A program made the position numbers and the translations under genes. 64,000 nucleotides of DNA from an uncultured Clostridia bacterium (lineage in GTDB: Bacteria; Bacillota; Clostridia; Christensenellales; CAMQZB01), in contig CAMQZB010000001.1 in the NCBI GenBank assembly GCA_947039455.1, positions 79,877 to 143,876 of the forward strand. Direction: 5' to 3'. Positions 17,363 through 27,300 of this stretch are shown here, piece after piece. Each line of letters opens with the position of its first letter. Within the stretch, counting starts at the first letter, position 1. A model generated the notes under the pieces. It saw only the letters and a list, made by a program, of their open reading frames with translations, was not told the DNA's origin and did no database searches.

Positions 17363-18919
17363 ATGGGAAATCCACTTATACTAACGTTTGATATCGGCAC
17401 TCAAAGTATGCGTGCTATGTTGGTGAATAAACAAGGTGATATTGTAGCACTGGCACAAAACAAATATGAAAGACCGTACATTTCTAAAAATCCAGGTTGG
17501 GCAGAGCAACGACCTGATTTTTACTTCGATCATTTGTGTGATTTAGGAAGACAAGTAAGAGATGCAAACGCTGAACTTATGAAAGATGTCAAAGCAGTTG
17601 CAATGACTGTAATCAGAGATACAGCACTTTGCCTTGACAAAAATAATAAGGCAATTAGAGATATTATTATATGGTTAGACAAAAGGGAAACAACATATCG
17701 AAATCCAATTCCAAGAGCCAAGAGTTTATTGTTTAAAATGGTAAATATGGAAGATACGATTAAGATGCAACAACGTCAATCCGCCTGTAATTGGATTATG
17801 GAGAATGAACCTGAGGTATGGGCTGAAACAGCAAAATACGTTATGTTACCAACATATTTGAACTGTAAATTAACAGGTGTATTAAATGATTCAGTAGCAA
17901 GCATGATCGGTCATATACCAATGGATTTCAAAAACCGCAAATGGTTAGGAAAATCAGGATTAACAAGATTTGTCTTTGATATCCCTAACGAAAAATTGTG
18001 TGATTTAGTGCAACCAGGGGAAGTTCTAGGATATATCACAAAAGAAGTAAGCGAATACTCAGGTATTCCCGAAGGTTTGCCGTTAATAGCGACAGGCGCT
18101 GATAAAAGCTGTGAAACATTAGGACTATCAGTAATGAAAGACAATCAAGCAGCAATATCATTAGGGTCAGCAGCAACAATACAATTTCCAACTAAAACAT
18201 ACTTTGAGCCAAAACAATTCATACCTTCATACCCATCAGTGGTAGAAAATATGTATTTAGCAGAAATTCAAGTGTATCGTGGATATTGGATGTTGTCATG
18301 GTTCAAAAAAGAGTTTGCGTATCAAGAGGTAGAAGAAGCGAAAAAATTAGGATGTTGTCCTGAAGATGTGTTAAACAAGAAATTGCATAAAATTCCAGCT
18401 GGCTGTGATGGATTGATGGTTCAACCATATTGGGGAGCAGGATTGTGGAATCCAAACGCAAGAGGATCAATGCTAGGATTTACCGATACCCATACGAAAA
18501 TGCACGTTTATAGAGCGGTAATTGAAGGAATAAACTTCGCATTACTAGACGGAATGTACGGTATGGAGAAGCGTTCTAAACATAAGATAACTGAATTATA
18601 CGTTGGCGGTGGCGGAAGTCAATCTGATGAAATATGTCAAATCACAGCGAATATGTTTGGTTTACCAGTTAAGAGAATCCAAACCCATGAAGCCTGTGGA
18701 CTAGGTGCTTCTTTAATAGCGTTTAAGTCAATTGGTGAATTCGAAAGTTTCGACCAAGGACTAAAAAGCATGGTTCACGACAAAGACGTTTTCACTCCAG
18801 ATATGGAAGAACACAAAATCTATGCAAAAATGTATAAAGAATGCTATGTACCATTACTAAGCAAAATTGATCCATGGTACAAAAAGCTTAAAAAGATTAC
18901 AAAAAGAGAAGTTAGATAG
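17363..18919 (+). CDS. FGGY-family carbohydrate/polyol kinase
   Basis: FDIGTQSMRAM N-terminal phosphate-1 motif and GGGSQSDE near the C-terminus. The ATG at 17363 follows RBS aggggga. Confidence 0.85.
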   Translation: MGNPLILTFDIGTQSMRAMLVNKQGDIVALAQNKYERPYISKNPGWAEQRPDFYFDHLCDLGRQVRDANAELMKDVKAVAMTVIRDTALCLDKNNKAIRDIIIWLDKRETTYRNPIPRAKSLLFKMVNMEDTIKMQQRQSACNWIMENEPEVWAETAKYVMLPTYLNCKLTGVLNDSVASMIGHIPMDFKNRKWLGKSGLTRFVFDIPNEKLCDLVQPGEVLGYITKEVSEYSGIPEGLPLIATGADKSCETLGLSVMKDNQAAISLGSAATIQFPTKTYFEPKQFIPSYPSVVENMYLAEIQVYRGYWMLSWFKKEFAYQEVEEAKKLGCCPEDVLNKKLHKIPAGCDGLMVQPYWGAGLWNPNARGSMLGFTDTHTKMHVYRAVIEGINFALLDGMYGMEKRSKHKITELYVGGGGSQSDEICQITANMFGLPVKRIQTHEACGLGASLIAFKSIGEFESFDQGLKSMVHDKDVFTPDMEEHKIYAKMYKECYVPLLSKIDPWYKKLKKITKREVR

Positions 18920-18981
18920 TACTAATTTATACTAAAATAGAAGAAAATACAATCTAAATTATAGGGGAATTAGGAGAAGTT

Positions 18982-20754
18982 ATGAGCAATAAACCATATA
19001 AAGGATTTGAGCCAAAGTGGGTAACAACCCCAGCGCCAAAAGATAGCGTAAGATCAATATTCAGATGGGGCGACCCTGAATTTGTTAAGTATCCAAAAGA
19101 ATCTTTGTTTAAATTAATGAAGGAAAAGTTTGAAATGACCGATGAAGATTTTAGCAATTATCACGGCGATATTGGACTTGACAAAGTAGTTCTAAACAAT
19201 CCAACAAAGATGTCAAAAGAGCATATAGAGAGTTTTAAAAACATAGTAGGAGAAGATAATTTTTCTATCGAAGATTACGATAGATTGTCGGTAGCCTATG
19301 GTAAAACTGGATTTGATTGTATGAGATTAAGGGAAGGACTTTTCGAGAACTTGCCTGATATAGTTATATACCCAAATGCCCACAGCGAGATTGTGCAAAT
19401 AGTGAATTATTGCCAAGCTAACGGAATTCCTTTGTACGTATACGGAGGGGGCAGTTCAGTAACTCGTGGCGTTGAATGTATGAAAGGCGGAGTTTCACTT
19501 GACATGAGAAAACGCTTTAATAATGTGCTAAATTTCAACGAAATCGACCAAACAATAACAGTACAAGCGGGAATGAGCGGACCTAAGTTGGAAGAAATTC
19601 TAAACAACGCTAAATCCCTATTCAAAGCTAAAAGAGCATATACTTGCGGACACTTTCCACAAAGTTTCGAGTATTCATCAGTAGGCGGTTGGGTAGTAAC
19701 AAGAGGTGCAGGACAAAATTCAACTTACTATGGCACAATTGCGGACATGGTGGTATCTCAAAAGTATGCAACACCGATAGGCGAAATCAACACGCCACAT
19801 TATCCAAGAGAGTCAACAGGCCCTGATTTGAACGAAATAATGATGGGTGGTGAAGGTGCATTCGGTGTGTTAACGGAAGTGACTTTACGTGTATTTAGAC
19901 ATATGCCAGAAAATAGAAAACGCTTTTCTTACATATTCAAAACATGGGAAGAAGGCATGAACGCAGCACGTGAAATGATGCAAGCTGAGTGTGGAAATTC
20001 TTCAGTATTCAGACTATCCGATCAAGAAGAAACTAGCTTGATGTTGAAGCTATATAATGTAGACGATTCACCATTAAGACATTTATTGAACATGTTTAAA
20101 TTCAAAGACATGGAAAGATGTTTGTTCCTAGGATTTACTGACGGCGAACGTGGATATTCTAAAAACGTAGCGAAAAAAATCGCTAAAATAGCAAAAAAAC
20201 ACGGCGGAATGAGCCTTACTGGTTACGTATGTAAATCATGGGAACACGGAAGATTTAACGACCCATATTTACGTGATACAATGATGGATTTCGGCATAGT
20301 AACTGATACCCTAGAGTGTTCAGTGAACTGGTCAAATATGGAGCAAGTGCATATAGACGTACGTAAAATCTGCAAAGAATTACCAAATACAATAGTTACA
20401 ACCCATATGTCACATTGCTATCCACAAGGAGCTAATTTATATTTCATTTTCATAACAAAAATGGAAGAATCAGCAAAGTTCAAAGCGTATCATTCAACAA
20501 TTTTAGAAGCAATACAAAAATCAGGCGCATCAATGAGCCACCATCACGGAATAGGCAAAATGTTCGCTCCATGGCTAGAAGGTTACGTTGGCGAAAAAGA
20601 ATTCGGTATCTATAAAGTACTGAAAAACTACTTCGACAAAGATAACCTAATGAACCCAGGGGGAACAATAGGACTAGATCTAAAACCTGAAGAACGTATC
20701 CTAAAAACCGAAACCCTAAAAGAAAAAAACAAAACTAATAAAACTAAAATATAG
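18982..20754 (+). CDS. FAD-linked (PCMH/VAO-type) oxidase, alkyl-dihydroxyacetonephosphate synthase-like
   Basis: LREGLFENLPDIVIYP, GGGSSVTRG, GHFPQSFEYSSVGGWVVTRGAG, STGPDLNEIMMGGEGAFGV and the SHHHGIGK triad resemble my recollection of eukaryotic AGPS. Confidence 0.8.
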   Translation: MSNKPYKGFEPKWVTTPAPKDSVRSIFRWGDPEFVKYPKESLFKLMKEKFEMTDEDFSNYHGDIGLDKVVLNNPTKMSKEHIESFKNIVGEDNFSIEDYDRLSVAYGKTGFDCMRLREGLFENLPDIVIYPNAHSEIVQIVNYCQANGIPLYVYGGGSSVTRGVECMKGGVSLDMRKRFNNVLNFNEIDQTITVQAGMSGPKLEEILNNAKSLFKAKRAYTCGHFPQSFEYSSVGGWVVTRGAGQNSTYYGTIADMVVSQKYATPIGEINTPHYPRESTGPDLNEIMMGGEGAFGVLTEVTLRVFRHMPENRKRFSYIFKTWEEGMNAAREMMQAECGNSSVFRLSDQEETSLMLKLYNVDDSPLRHLLNMFKFKDMERCLFLGFTDGERGYSKNVAKKIAKIAKKHGGMSLTGYVCKSWEHGRFNDPYLRDTMMDFGIVTDTLECSVNWSNMEQVHIDVRKICKELPNTIVTTHMSHCYPQGANLYFIFITKMEESAKFKAYHSTILEAIQKSGASMSHHHGIGKMFAPWLEGYVGEKEFGIYKVLKNYFDKDNLMNPGGTIGLDLKPEERILKTETLKEKNKTNKTKI

Positions 20755-20770
20755 TATCACTATAAAACCA

Positions 20771-20804
20771 AAAGGCGATTAAAGCAATTTAATCGCCTTT
20801 TATT
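20771..20804 (+). terminator. rho-independent terminator
   Basis: Stem aggcgattaaa/tttaatcgcct followed by TTTT. Confidence 0.8.
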
Positions 20805-20878
20805 ACCCCTTGCAACTACACAAAGTTTGTGATATAATTGTAATTAATTATTAAATAGAAAGAAAAAAGGGAGAAAAT

Positions 20879-21274
20879 ATGAGTATAACTTATGATTTTT
20901 TAAAAGAGAGTGGCGTATTTTACATATCAACGGTAAACGTAGACGCCCCAGCATTACGTCCATTTGGAGCAGTAATGGAATATGAAAATAACTTATATAT
21001 TTCAACAGCAAACACAAAAGAAGTGTATAAGCAAATGAAAGAAAACTCAAACATTCAAATAGTAGCATTAAAACTTGCCACAAGAGAATGGATAAGAGTA
21101 AATGGAAAAGCTGTGGAGTGTAACGATATAATAGTGAAATCCGAAATGTTCAAAATGTGTCCTGTGTTGTCAACCCACTTCAAAACAGCGAACAACCCAC
21201 AATTTGCACTTTTTCAAATAACGAATATGAAATCATACATAAATTCACAACAAGGAATAACAAAAGTAGACTAA
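20879..21274 (+). CDS. pyridoxamine 5'-phosphate oxidase-like FMN-binding family protein
   Basis: 131-aa split-barrel-like sequence (GVFYISTV..PALRPFG...LYISTANTKEVYKQM). Confidence 0.65.
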   Translation: MSITYDFLKESGVFYISTVNVDAPALRPFGAVMEYENNLYISTANTKEVYKQMKENSNIQIVALKLATREWIRVNGKAVECNDIIVKSEMFKMCPVLSTHFKTANNPQFALFQITNMKSYINSQQGITKVD

Positions 21275-21319
21275 ATATAGAAAGAATATTAGTCAATGTA
21301 AAATAGGAGCGAAAAAGTA

Positions 21320-21655
21320 ATGGCAACATCACAAGATTATATCATATTTGTTAGCGACCAAATTCGTGATACGGGAGAAATTCGGTATAAGAAAATGTTT
21401 GGAGAATACATGGTTTATGTAAATGACAAACCAATTCTATTAGTGTGCAACAATACTGTTTACATAAAAAAGCTACCTGAAATTCAAGAACATATGACAA
21501 CCGCAGAACTAGGTTTTCCTTATAATTGTGCAAAAGAACATTACATATTAGACATTGAAGATAGTGAACTATCAAAAATCATAATAGACATACTAGAGCC
21601 AATAACTAAAGTACCAAAACCAAAGAAAAAACCAGTTAAAAAAATTATAGAATAG
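21320..21655 (+). CDS. TfoX N-terminal domain family protein
   Basis: 111 aa, with KKMFGEYMVYVNDKPILLVCNNTVYIK typical of TfoX_N. Confidence 0.65.
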   Translation: MATSQDYIIFVSDQIRDTGEIRYKKMFGEYMVYVNDKPILLVCNNTVYIKKLPEIQEHMTTAELGFPYNCAKEHYILDIEDSELSKIIIDILEPITKVPKPKKKPVKKIIE

Positions 21656-21811
21656 AAAGTAATATTAAAAAAAGAAAGATGGCAAAGTAAAAGAGCTATC
21701 TTTTTTTTATGTAATAAATCAAGAAAAGATAAAGAAAGAATATTATTCTATATTAAGGACTATTCCGCATATATTTATATAAAAGATAAATTTATGGGAG
21801 AATTTTTAAAA

Positions 21812-22525
21812 ATGAGAATTAAATCAAAAACATTTGTACATATTATTTGTAACGTTATGATATTCGTTTTGTTGTCAACAATACTATTATACACAGCCTA
21901 TGACGGGGTCGCTGAAGTATTTGGAGTAGAAGACGAAAACGCACCAATTTATTGTGGAAACAAGGACAGCAACAAGGTTTCACTGATGGTAAACGTGTAT
22001 TGGGGCACGGAATACATTGAAGAAATATTGGATGTACTTGACAAGTATAATTGGAAAACAACCTTCTTTATCGGAGGAATGTGGGCAGTGAAAAACTCTG
22101 ACGTATTGAATGAAATAGTATCAAGAGGCCATGAAATCGGAAGTCACGCCTATTACCATAAAGACATGGGCAAAATGACCTATCAACAGTGTTTAGATGA
22201 AATAGAAAACACTAATACACTAATAAAAACCCTAACAGGAGTAGATATGGATTTGTTTGCACCGCCGTCAGGTAGTTTTTCAAAAGAAACAATAACAGCA
22301 ACAGCGGAAGCGGGCATGAAAATGATAATGTGGACAAAAGATACTATAGATTGGCGTGACAAAAGTCACAAAATAATATATAATAGAGCAGTAAAGGATA
22401 TTTCTGGTGGTGATTTAATATTAATGCACCCAACGGAAATGACGTTGTCCGCCTTACCTGATGTGTTGGAATATTACAAAACCAATGATCTAATGGTGGA
22501 TACCGTAACAAATACAATAAAATAA
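21812..22525 (+). CDS. polysaccharide deacetylase (NodB domain; YlxY/PdaB-like sporulation deacetylase)
   Basis: N-terminal TM helix and NodB motifs (TFFIGGMW, HEIGSHAYYH, ILMHP). It sits upstream of an M16 peptidase, as with ylxY-mlpA in Bacillus. The start could also be 21794. Confidence 0.8.
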   Translation: MRIKSKTFVHIICNVMIFVLLSTILLYTAYDGVAEVFGVEDENAPIYCGNKDSNKVSLMVNVYWGTEYIEEILDVLDKYNWKTTFFIGGMWAVKNSDVLNEIVSRGHEIGSHAYYHKDMGKMTYQQCLDEIENTNTLIKTLTGVDMDLFAPPSGSFSKETITATAEAGMKMIMWTKDTIDWRDKSHKIIYNRAVKDISGGDLILMHPTEMTLSALPDVLEYYKTNDLMVDTVTNTIK

Positions 22526-22543
22526 AGAGGAAGCAACAAAATT

Positions 22544-23803
22544 ATGGAGAAAATAATAAAATTTGAAAACGGTTTAAGACTAGTGATGAACCAAAATCTA
22601 GGAATGTATTCAGTAACAACGGGACTTTGGGTAGAATCAGGTTGCTCATTTGAAACTGAAGAAAACAGCGGAATTTCCCATTTCATTGAACATAATTTGT
22701 TTAAAGGAACGGAGCGAAGAACATCTTTCGAGATTTCTGATTGTATCGATAGAATTGGCGGACAAATGAACGCCTTCACATCAAAAGAAGCTACTTGTTA
22801 TTACGTAAAATGTACCGACGAGTATTTTGGATTGTCCTTAGATTTACTAGCGGATATGTTATTAAATTCAAAGTTTGATGATGTAGAGATAGAGAAAGAG
22901 AAAGGTGTAATTTTAGAAGAAATCGCAATGGTGGAAGATACTCCAGACGATATCTGCATGGAATTATTGTCAAAAGCGATATTTAAAGATGGAGCGTTAG
23001 GGAAGAATATACTAGGCCCTGCTGAAAATATTAAAAAATTCGGCAAAAAAGATATTAAAGAGTTCATGGACTTAGCCTATAACCCAAAAAATATCGTAAT
23101 TTCAATTGCAGGAAACTTCAATATGGACAATGCGGAAAAATTAGTTAAAGAGTATTTTATTGATAAAATGCCAAATACTGGTGAAAAGTTAGTTGATTAC
23201 GCATTGAAAGAAATCACAAGCGGATATAATAGTAAAGTGAAAGACATCGAGCAATGCCACATCGCATTCGCATTTCCTTCAATTAATTACAGCGACAAAA
23301 GAATATATGAATACAGCATTCTAAACAACATTTTAGGTGGTGGAATGAGTTCAAGACTCTTCCAATCAATAAGAGAAGATAAGGGGTTAGCATATACAGT
23401 TTTCTCATTTAATTCAGTATATAAAAACGAAGGAACATTAGTAGTTTACGCAGGTGTAAACCAAAAGAACGTTCAAATGGCAACAGAAGCAATACGTGAC
23501 GAAATCAAAAAACTAGCGAAAAATGGTATAACTAAAGACGAGTTCGAAAGAGGAAAAGCCCAAACTATCGGAAGTTTCATGTTCGCACAAGAAAACACAG
23601 CAAGCCTAATGAGTATTTACGGAAAATCAATGTTGCTAAACGACACTTTATACGATATCCAAGAAAAAGTAGAAAATATGAGAGCGATAACTTATGAAGA
23701 TGTAAATGCTTTAGCAAAAACAGCCTATGATTTCACAAAAGTTTCAGGATCACAAGTTGGACGTGATGTTTCATGTAACATACTTGACGTAATGAAAAGC
23801 TAA
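22544..23803 (+). CDS. M16-family zinc peptidase (MlpA/YmxG-like)
   Basis: HFIEH (HxxEH) zinc motif, 419 aa. Confidence 0.85.
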   Translation: MEKIIKFENGLRLVMNQNLGMYSVTTGLWVESGCSFETEENSGISHFIEHNLFKGTERRTSFEISDCIDRIGGQMNAFTSKEATCYYVKCTDEYFGLSLDLLADMLLNSKFDDVEIEKEKGVILEEIAMVEDTPDDICMELLSKAIFKDGALGKNILGPAENIKKFGKKDIKEFMDLAYNPKNIVISIAGNFNMDNAEKLVKEYFIDKMPNTGEKLVDYALKEITSGYNSKVKDIEQCHIAFAFPSINYSDKRIYEYSILNNILGGGMSSRLFQSIREDKGLAYTVFSFNSVYKNEGTLVVYAGVNQKNVQMATEAIRDEIKKLAKNGITKDEFERGKAQTIGSFMFAQENTASLMSIYGKSMLLNDTLYDIQEKVENMRAITYEDVNALAKTAYDFTKVSGSQVGRDVSCNILDVMKS

Positions 23804-23858
23804 ATCAGAATTTAATAATAAAGATAAATAAATAAATATATACAGCGAGGATAAAATT

Positions 23859-24257
23859 ATGAGTACAAATGATAAAAAATTCCAAGACATAAATATGTTA
23901 GAAACAATATTTAAAATGCAAAACGAACTTGATGAAGATATAAAGAAAAAAAGAGGGCTTGAAGATATATCAAGTGAAGAATGGATACAAAAAAAAGTGT
24001 TAGCAATGCTGTCTGAGCTTGCTGAATTGCTTGATGAAGTGAATTTCAAATGGTGGAAGAATCCAAAAGAAGTAAATAAAGCTTATGTAAAAGAAGAATT
24101 AGTGGACGTTCTACACTTTTTTGTGAGCATGTGTTTATCCGCTGGAATGAGTGCAGAAGAGCTGTTTGAAATCTACATTTCCAAGAATAAAGAGAATTTT
24201 GACCGCCAATTGGGAAAAAGTAAGAAAGAAGGTTACGATATAAATCAAATTCTTTAG
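23859..24257 (+). CDS. all-alpha NTP pyrophosphohydrolase (dimeric dUTPase/MazG-like)
   Basis: LAMLSELAELLDE...KWWK...EELVDVLHFFVS pattern of acidic metal-binding helices. Confidence 0.6.
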   Translation: MSTNDKKFQDINMLETIFKMQNELDEDIKKKRGLEDISSEEWIQKKVLAMLSELAELLDEVNFKWWKNPKEVNKAYVKEELVDVLHFFVSMCLSAGMSAEELFEIYISKNKENFDRQLGKSKKEGYDINQIL

Positions 24258-24335
24258 GATTATTGTTGAAATTATTTTAATTTTATAGTATAATAAAAGT
24301 ATATCTAAATTTAAATAACAATATAGGAAGAAAAC

Positions 24336-27300
24336 ATGAAGAAAGAATTTGAAAATATAAACCATAAAGATGACACAACAACAAGAGAAACCGTCTCAAT
24401 ATTATCACTAATACTGAGCGTAGTATTACTTTTAGCATTGCTAACACGAGATACAGTGTTGGGCAGTTTTGGTCTATTAATTTCCAATATGACATTGGGA
24501 ATTTTTGGGTTTGCAGCTTATGCAATGGTATCATTTGGAATAATCACATCAGTAGTAGCGTTATTCACAAAAAAATCAAAAAACAACGGAATGATAATAA
24601 TCGCATTATGTGTAATGTTGTTTTCAGCATTAATAGCACTTCAAGTGTGGACAGCGAATGCAGGTTTGATTATCGACGACAAACTAACTTTTTCTGAATT
24701 CCTTGAGCAATCATATAAACTAGAAGCGGAAGGTATTTACGGATCCTCAGCTGGTGGAGTGATAATGAGTGCAATAATTTATTACCCAGTATCAATACTA
24801 GGAGTAAACGGCACATATATTGTTTCAGCAGTGTTATTAACAATAGGCGTATTTGGTGGAATAGCGGGAATGAAAACAAAATTCTCATCAGAAGTTATGC
24901 AAAAAGTAAACAGTAAATCAAAATCTCAACAAAAAGATTCATTAGAAGAATTTACTAAAGGCAAAAATGCAGTAAAAGTTGGCTTCGGTACAAGCATAGG
25001 TGAATTGAGAACAGGCAAAGCCGATCCAAACGATAATTTTCAACAAGGCGATTTCTATAATAGACAGTCAAATGTTGATGCAGAACCTGAAGTGGAACAA
25101 AGACTATCCGCACAAGAAATCTTGTATGGAAGACCTCCAATTACTGCAAATCAACCACAAGAAGAACAAGTTGTTGAGCAATCTAATGATGCGCAATACG
25201 GTGATATGAAAGGTTCAAGAAGAAATGCAAAACTGTTTATTTCTAATGTAGGAAAAACTACTTCATTAAACCAAAAATCAAAAAGAGAAATCAACCAAGA
25301 AGTTAAACAAAATAAGAAAGCAAAAGACATTTTGTTCAGCAATGAAGAAGATAGTAGCTTCACAATAAACAATACAAACCGCCCAAGAAACCTTTCAGAA
25401 GACAGAAACCACTTTGACCAAAGAGTAGATACAATCCGTGAAAATGACCCAAGAAACAACATCTTGAGCAACAATTACGGCGGTGAGTACGTAACTCCAA
25501 AATTCGAAGATGCAGGAATTATTGACGACGACAACTACAAAAAACCATTTATTAAAATTGATGACAACGTGAATGTAAATGAGAAAAGAAACGAAGACAA
25601 TTTAGTATCAAGAAAAGCGCTATTCAACAATAATTCAACAAACGTAGAAGTCACATCAAATGAACAAACAGCGGACAACGTTCACTATACTGACAATCAA
25701 CTATCAACCGCAACCGAAACTAGAACAGTAAACAATATAGTAAAACCACAAAGACCAGCGGAAGACCCACATGTTGACATGTTCAGAATCACAAAACCAA
25801 AAGTGCCACCAAAAATCTTAACATCAAAAGACGTAAAGAAAAAAGCACCAGTTGTTCAAATTGTGGAAGAAGTGGTAGTAGTACCTGAAAAATTCAACAT
25901 ACTAGAGCCAAGAACAACAATGACAAACGCCTATGCAGACACTGAAGAGTTCAAAACAAGTACTAAAGAATTCAAAGATTTGCTAGCATCAGGAAAGCTA
26001 AAAAACAGAGTATTAGAAGTTCCGCAAGTTGATTATAGCTTTGAGAAAAAAATAACAAAAGATGTTGCGAACATCAAAATTCTTACATCAATAGACCAGT
26101 TAAACGGCGGAAAAAAACCAGAAGACAAAATAGATAATTCATCCGCACCAAGCAGTCTATCAAGCAGTTTCACAAAAGCAATTTTGCACGCACCTATTGA
26201 CGATGTGTTTAATGAAATCAAGCTTGACCAGTTATCAAACCCACAAATGGTTGAAGAGAACAAAAAATACGCAGTGGGAGCATTCTTTAAAGACGGAATA
26301 AACATAAATTCAGTTGAGCAAACAGTTGAGAATAACAAACCTGCAAACCAAAGAAAGCCTGTTGAAGAAATAATCAACATGCCACAAGAAACTCATAGAG
26401 AAAAAGTAATTATAGAAAGCCACGTAATTCCACAAGTGCGTAACTTATTCCAACCAGAATCAAGTGTAGAAGTGGAAGAACGCAAAGTAGTTTCGCAAGA
26501 AAATACAGCGGAAATCATAAACGACAATAGTAATGGAAATAAAGCAAATGACAACACAACACATTCAGTATTCTATCCACTTAACCAAGTAAAACCAATC
26601 AAAACAGCAAATGGTGAAGTGGCATCACAACTACCAATAATCGCAAAAGAAACATATCAAGCACCAGCAAGTATAAGCAAAGCGAAAGTGCCATATGCCT
26701 TCCCACCGCTAGATTTACTTGATGATGCAAAGATGAATACAAACAAAATCTCAGAAGAAACTGAAGCGAAAGCAATTGCACTTGAAGAAATCCTAAAGAG
26801 CTTCTCAATTAATGCAAAAGTGGTAGAAACAGTGGTAGGCCCATCAGTAACACGTTACGAACTTGAGATCCAACAAGGAACACAAGTAAAACGTATTGAA
26901 CAAATCTCAAAAGATATCACAATGGGACTAGAATCACCGTCAGAAGTAATAATTCTAGCACCAATTCCAGGAAAAAATAGAGTAGGAATAGAAGTGCCAA
27001 ACCGTATAAAAGACACTGTAACAATCAAATCAGTAATTGACACGGACACATTCAGAAATTCCGAATCAAGAATAGCATTCGCACTTGGAAAACAAGTAGA
27101 CGGAACAAACGTGATGTGTGACATCGCAAAAATGCCACATATGTTGATCGCAGGATCAACAGGAACAGGAAAGAGTGTAGCGTTAAATACAATCCTAATT
27201 AGTTTGCTATACAATGCAACACCTGATGATGTAAGAATAATTTTGATTGATCCAAAACGTGTAGAATTTACTGCATATAGAGGGTTACCACATCTATTAA

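Noticed and set aside
16657-17400. Long antisense ORFs opposite well-supported genes. They are 16657..17400 (247 aa), 36292..36870, 38866..39483, 41064..41633, 56874..57494, 62308..62850 and many 60-130-aa ORFs in the track.
   Set aside because: They lie fully inside, or antisense to, genes with strong family motifs. They lack an RBS, and their translations are low-complexity (S/I/F/L-rich), as expected for shadow frames in AT-rich DNA.
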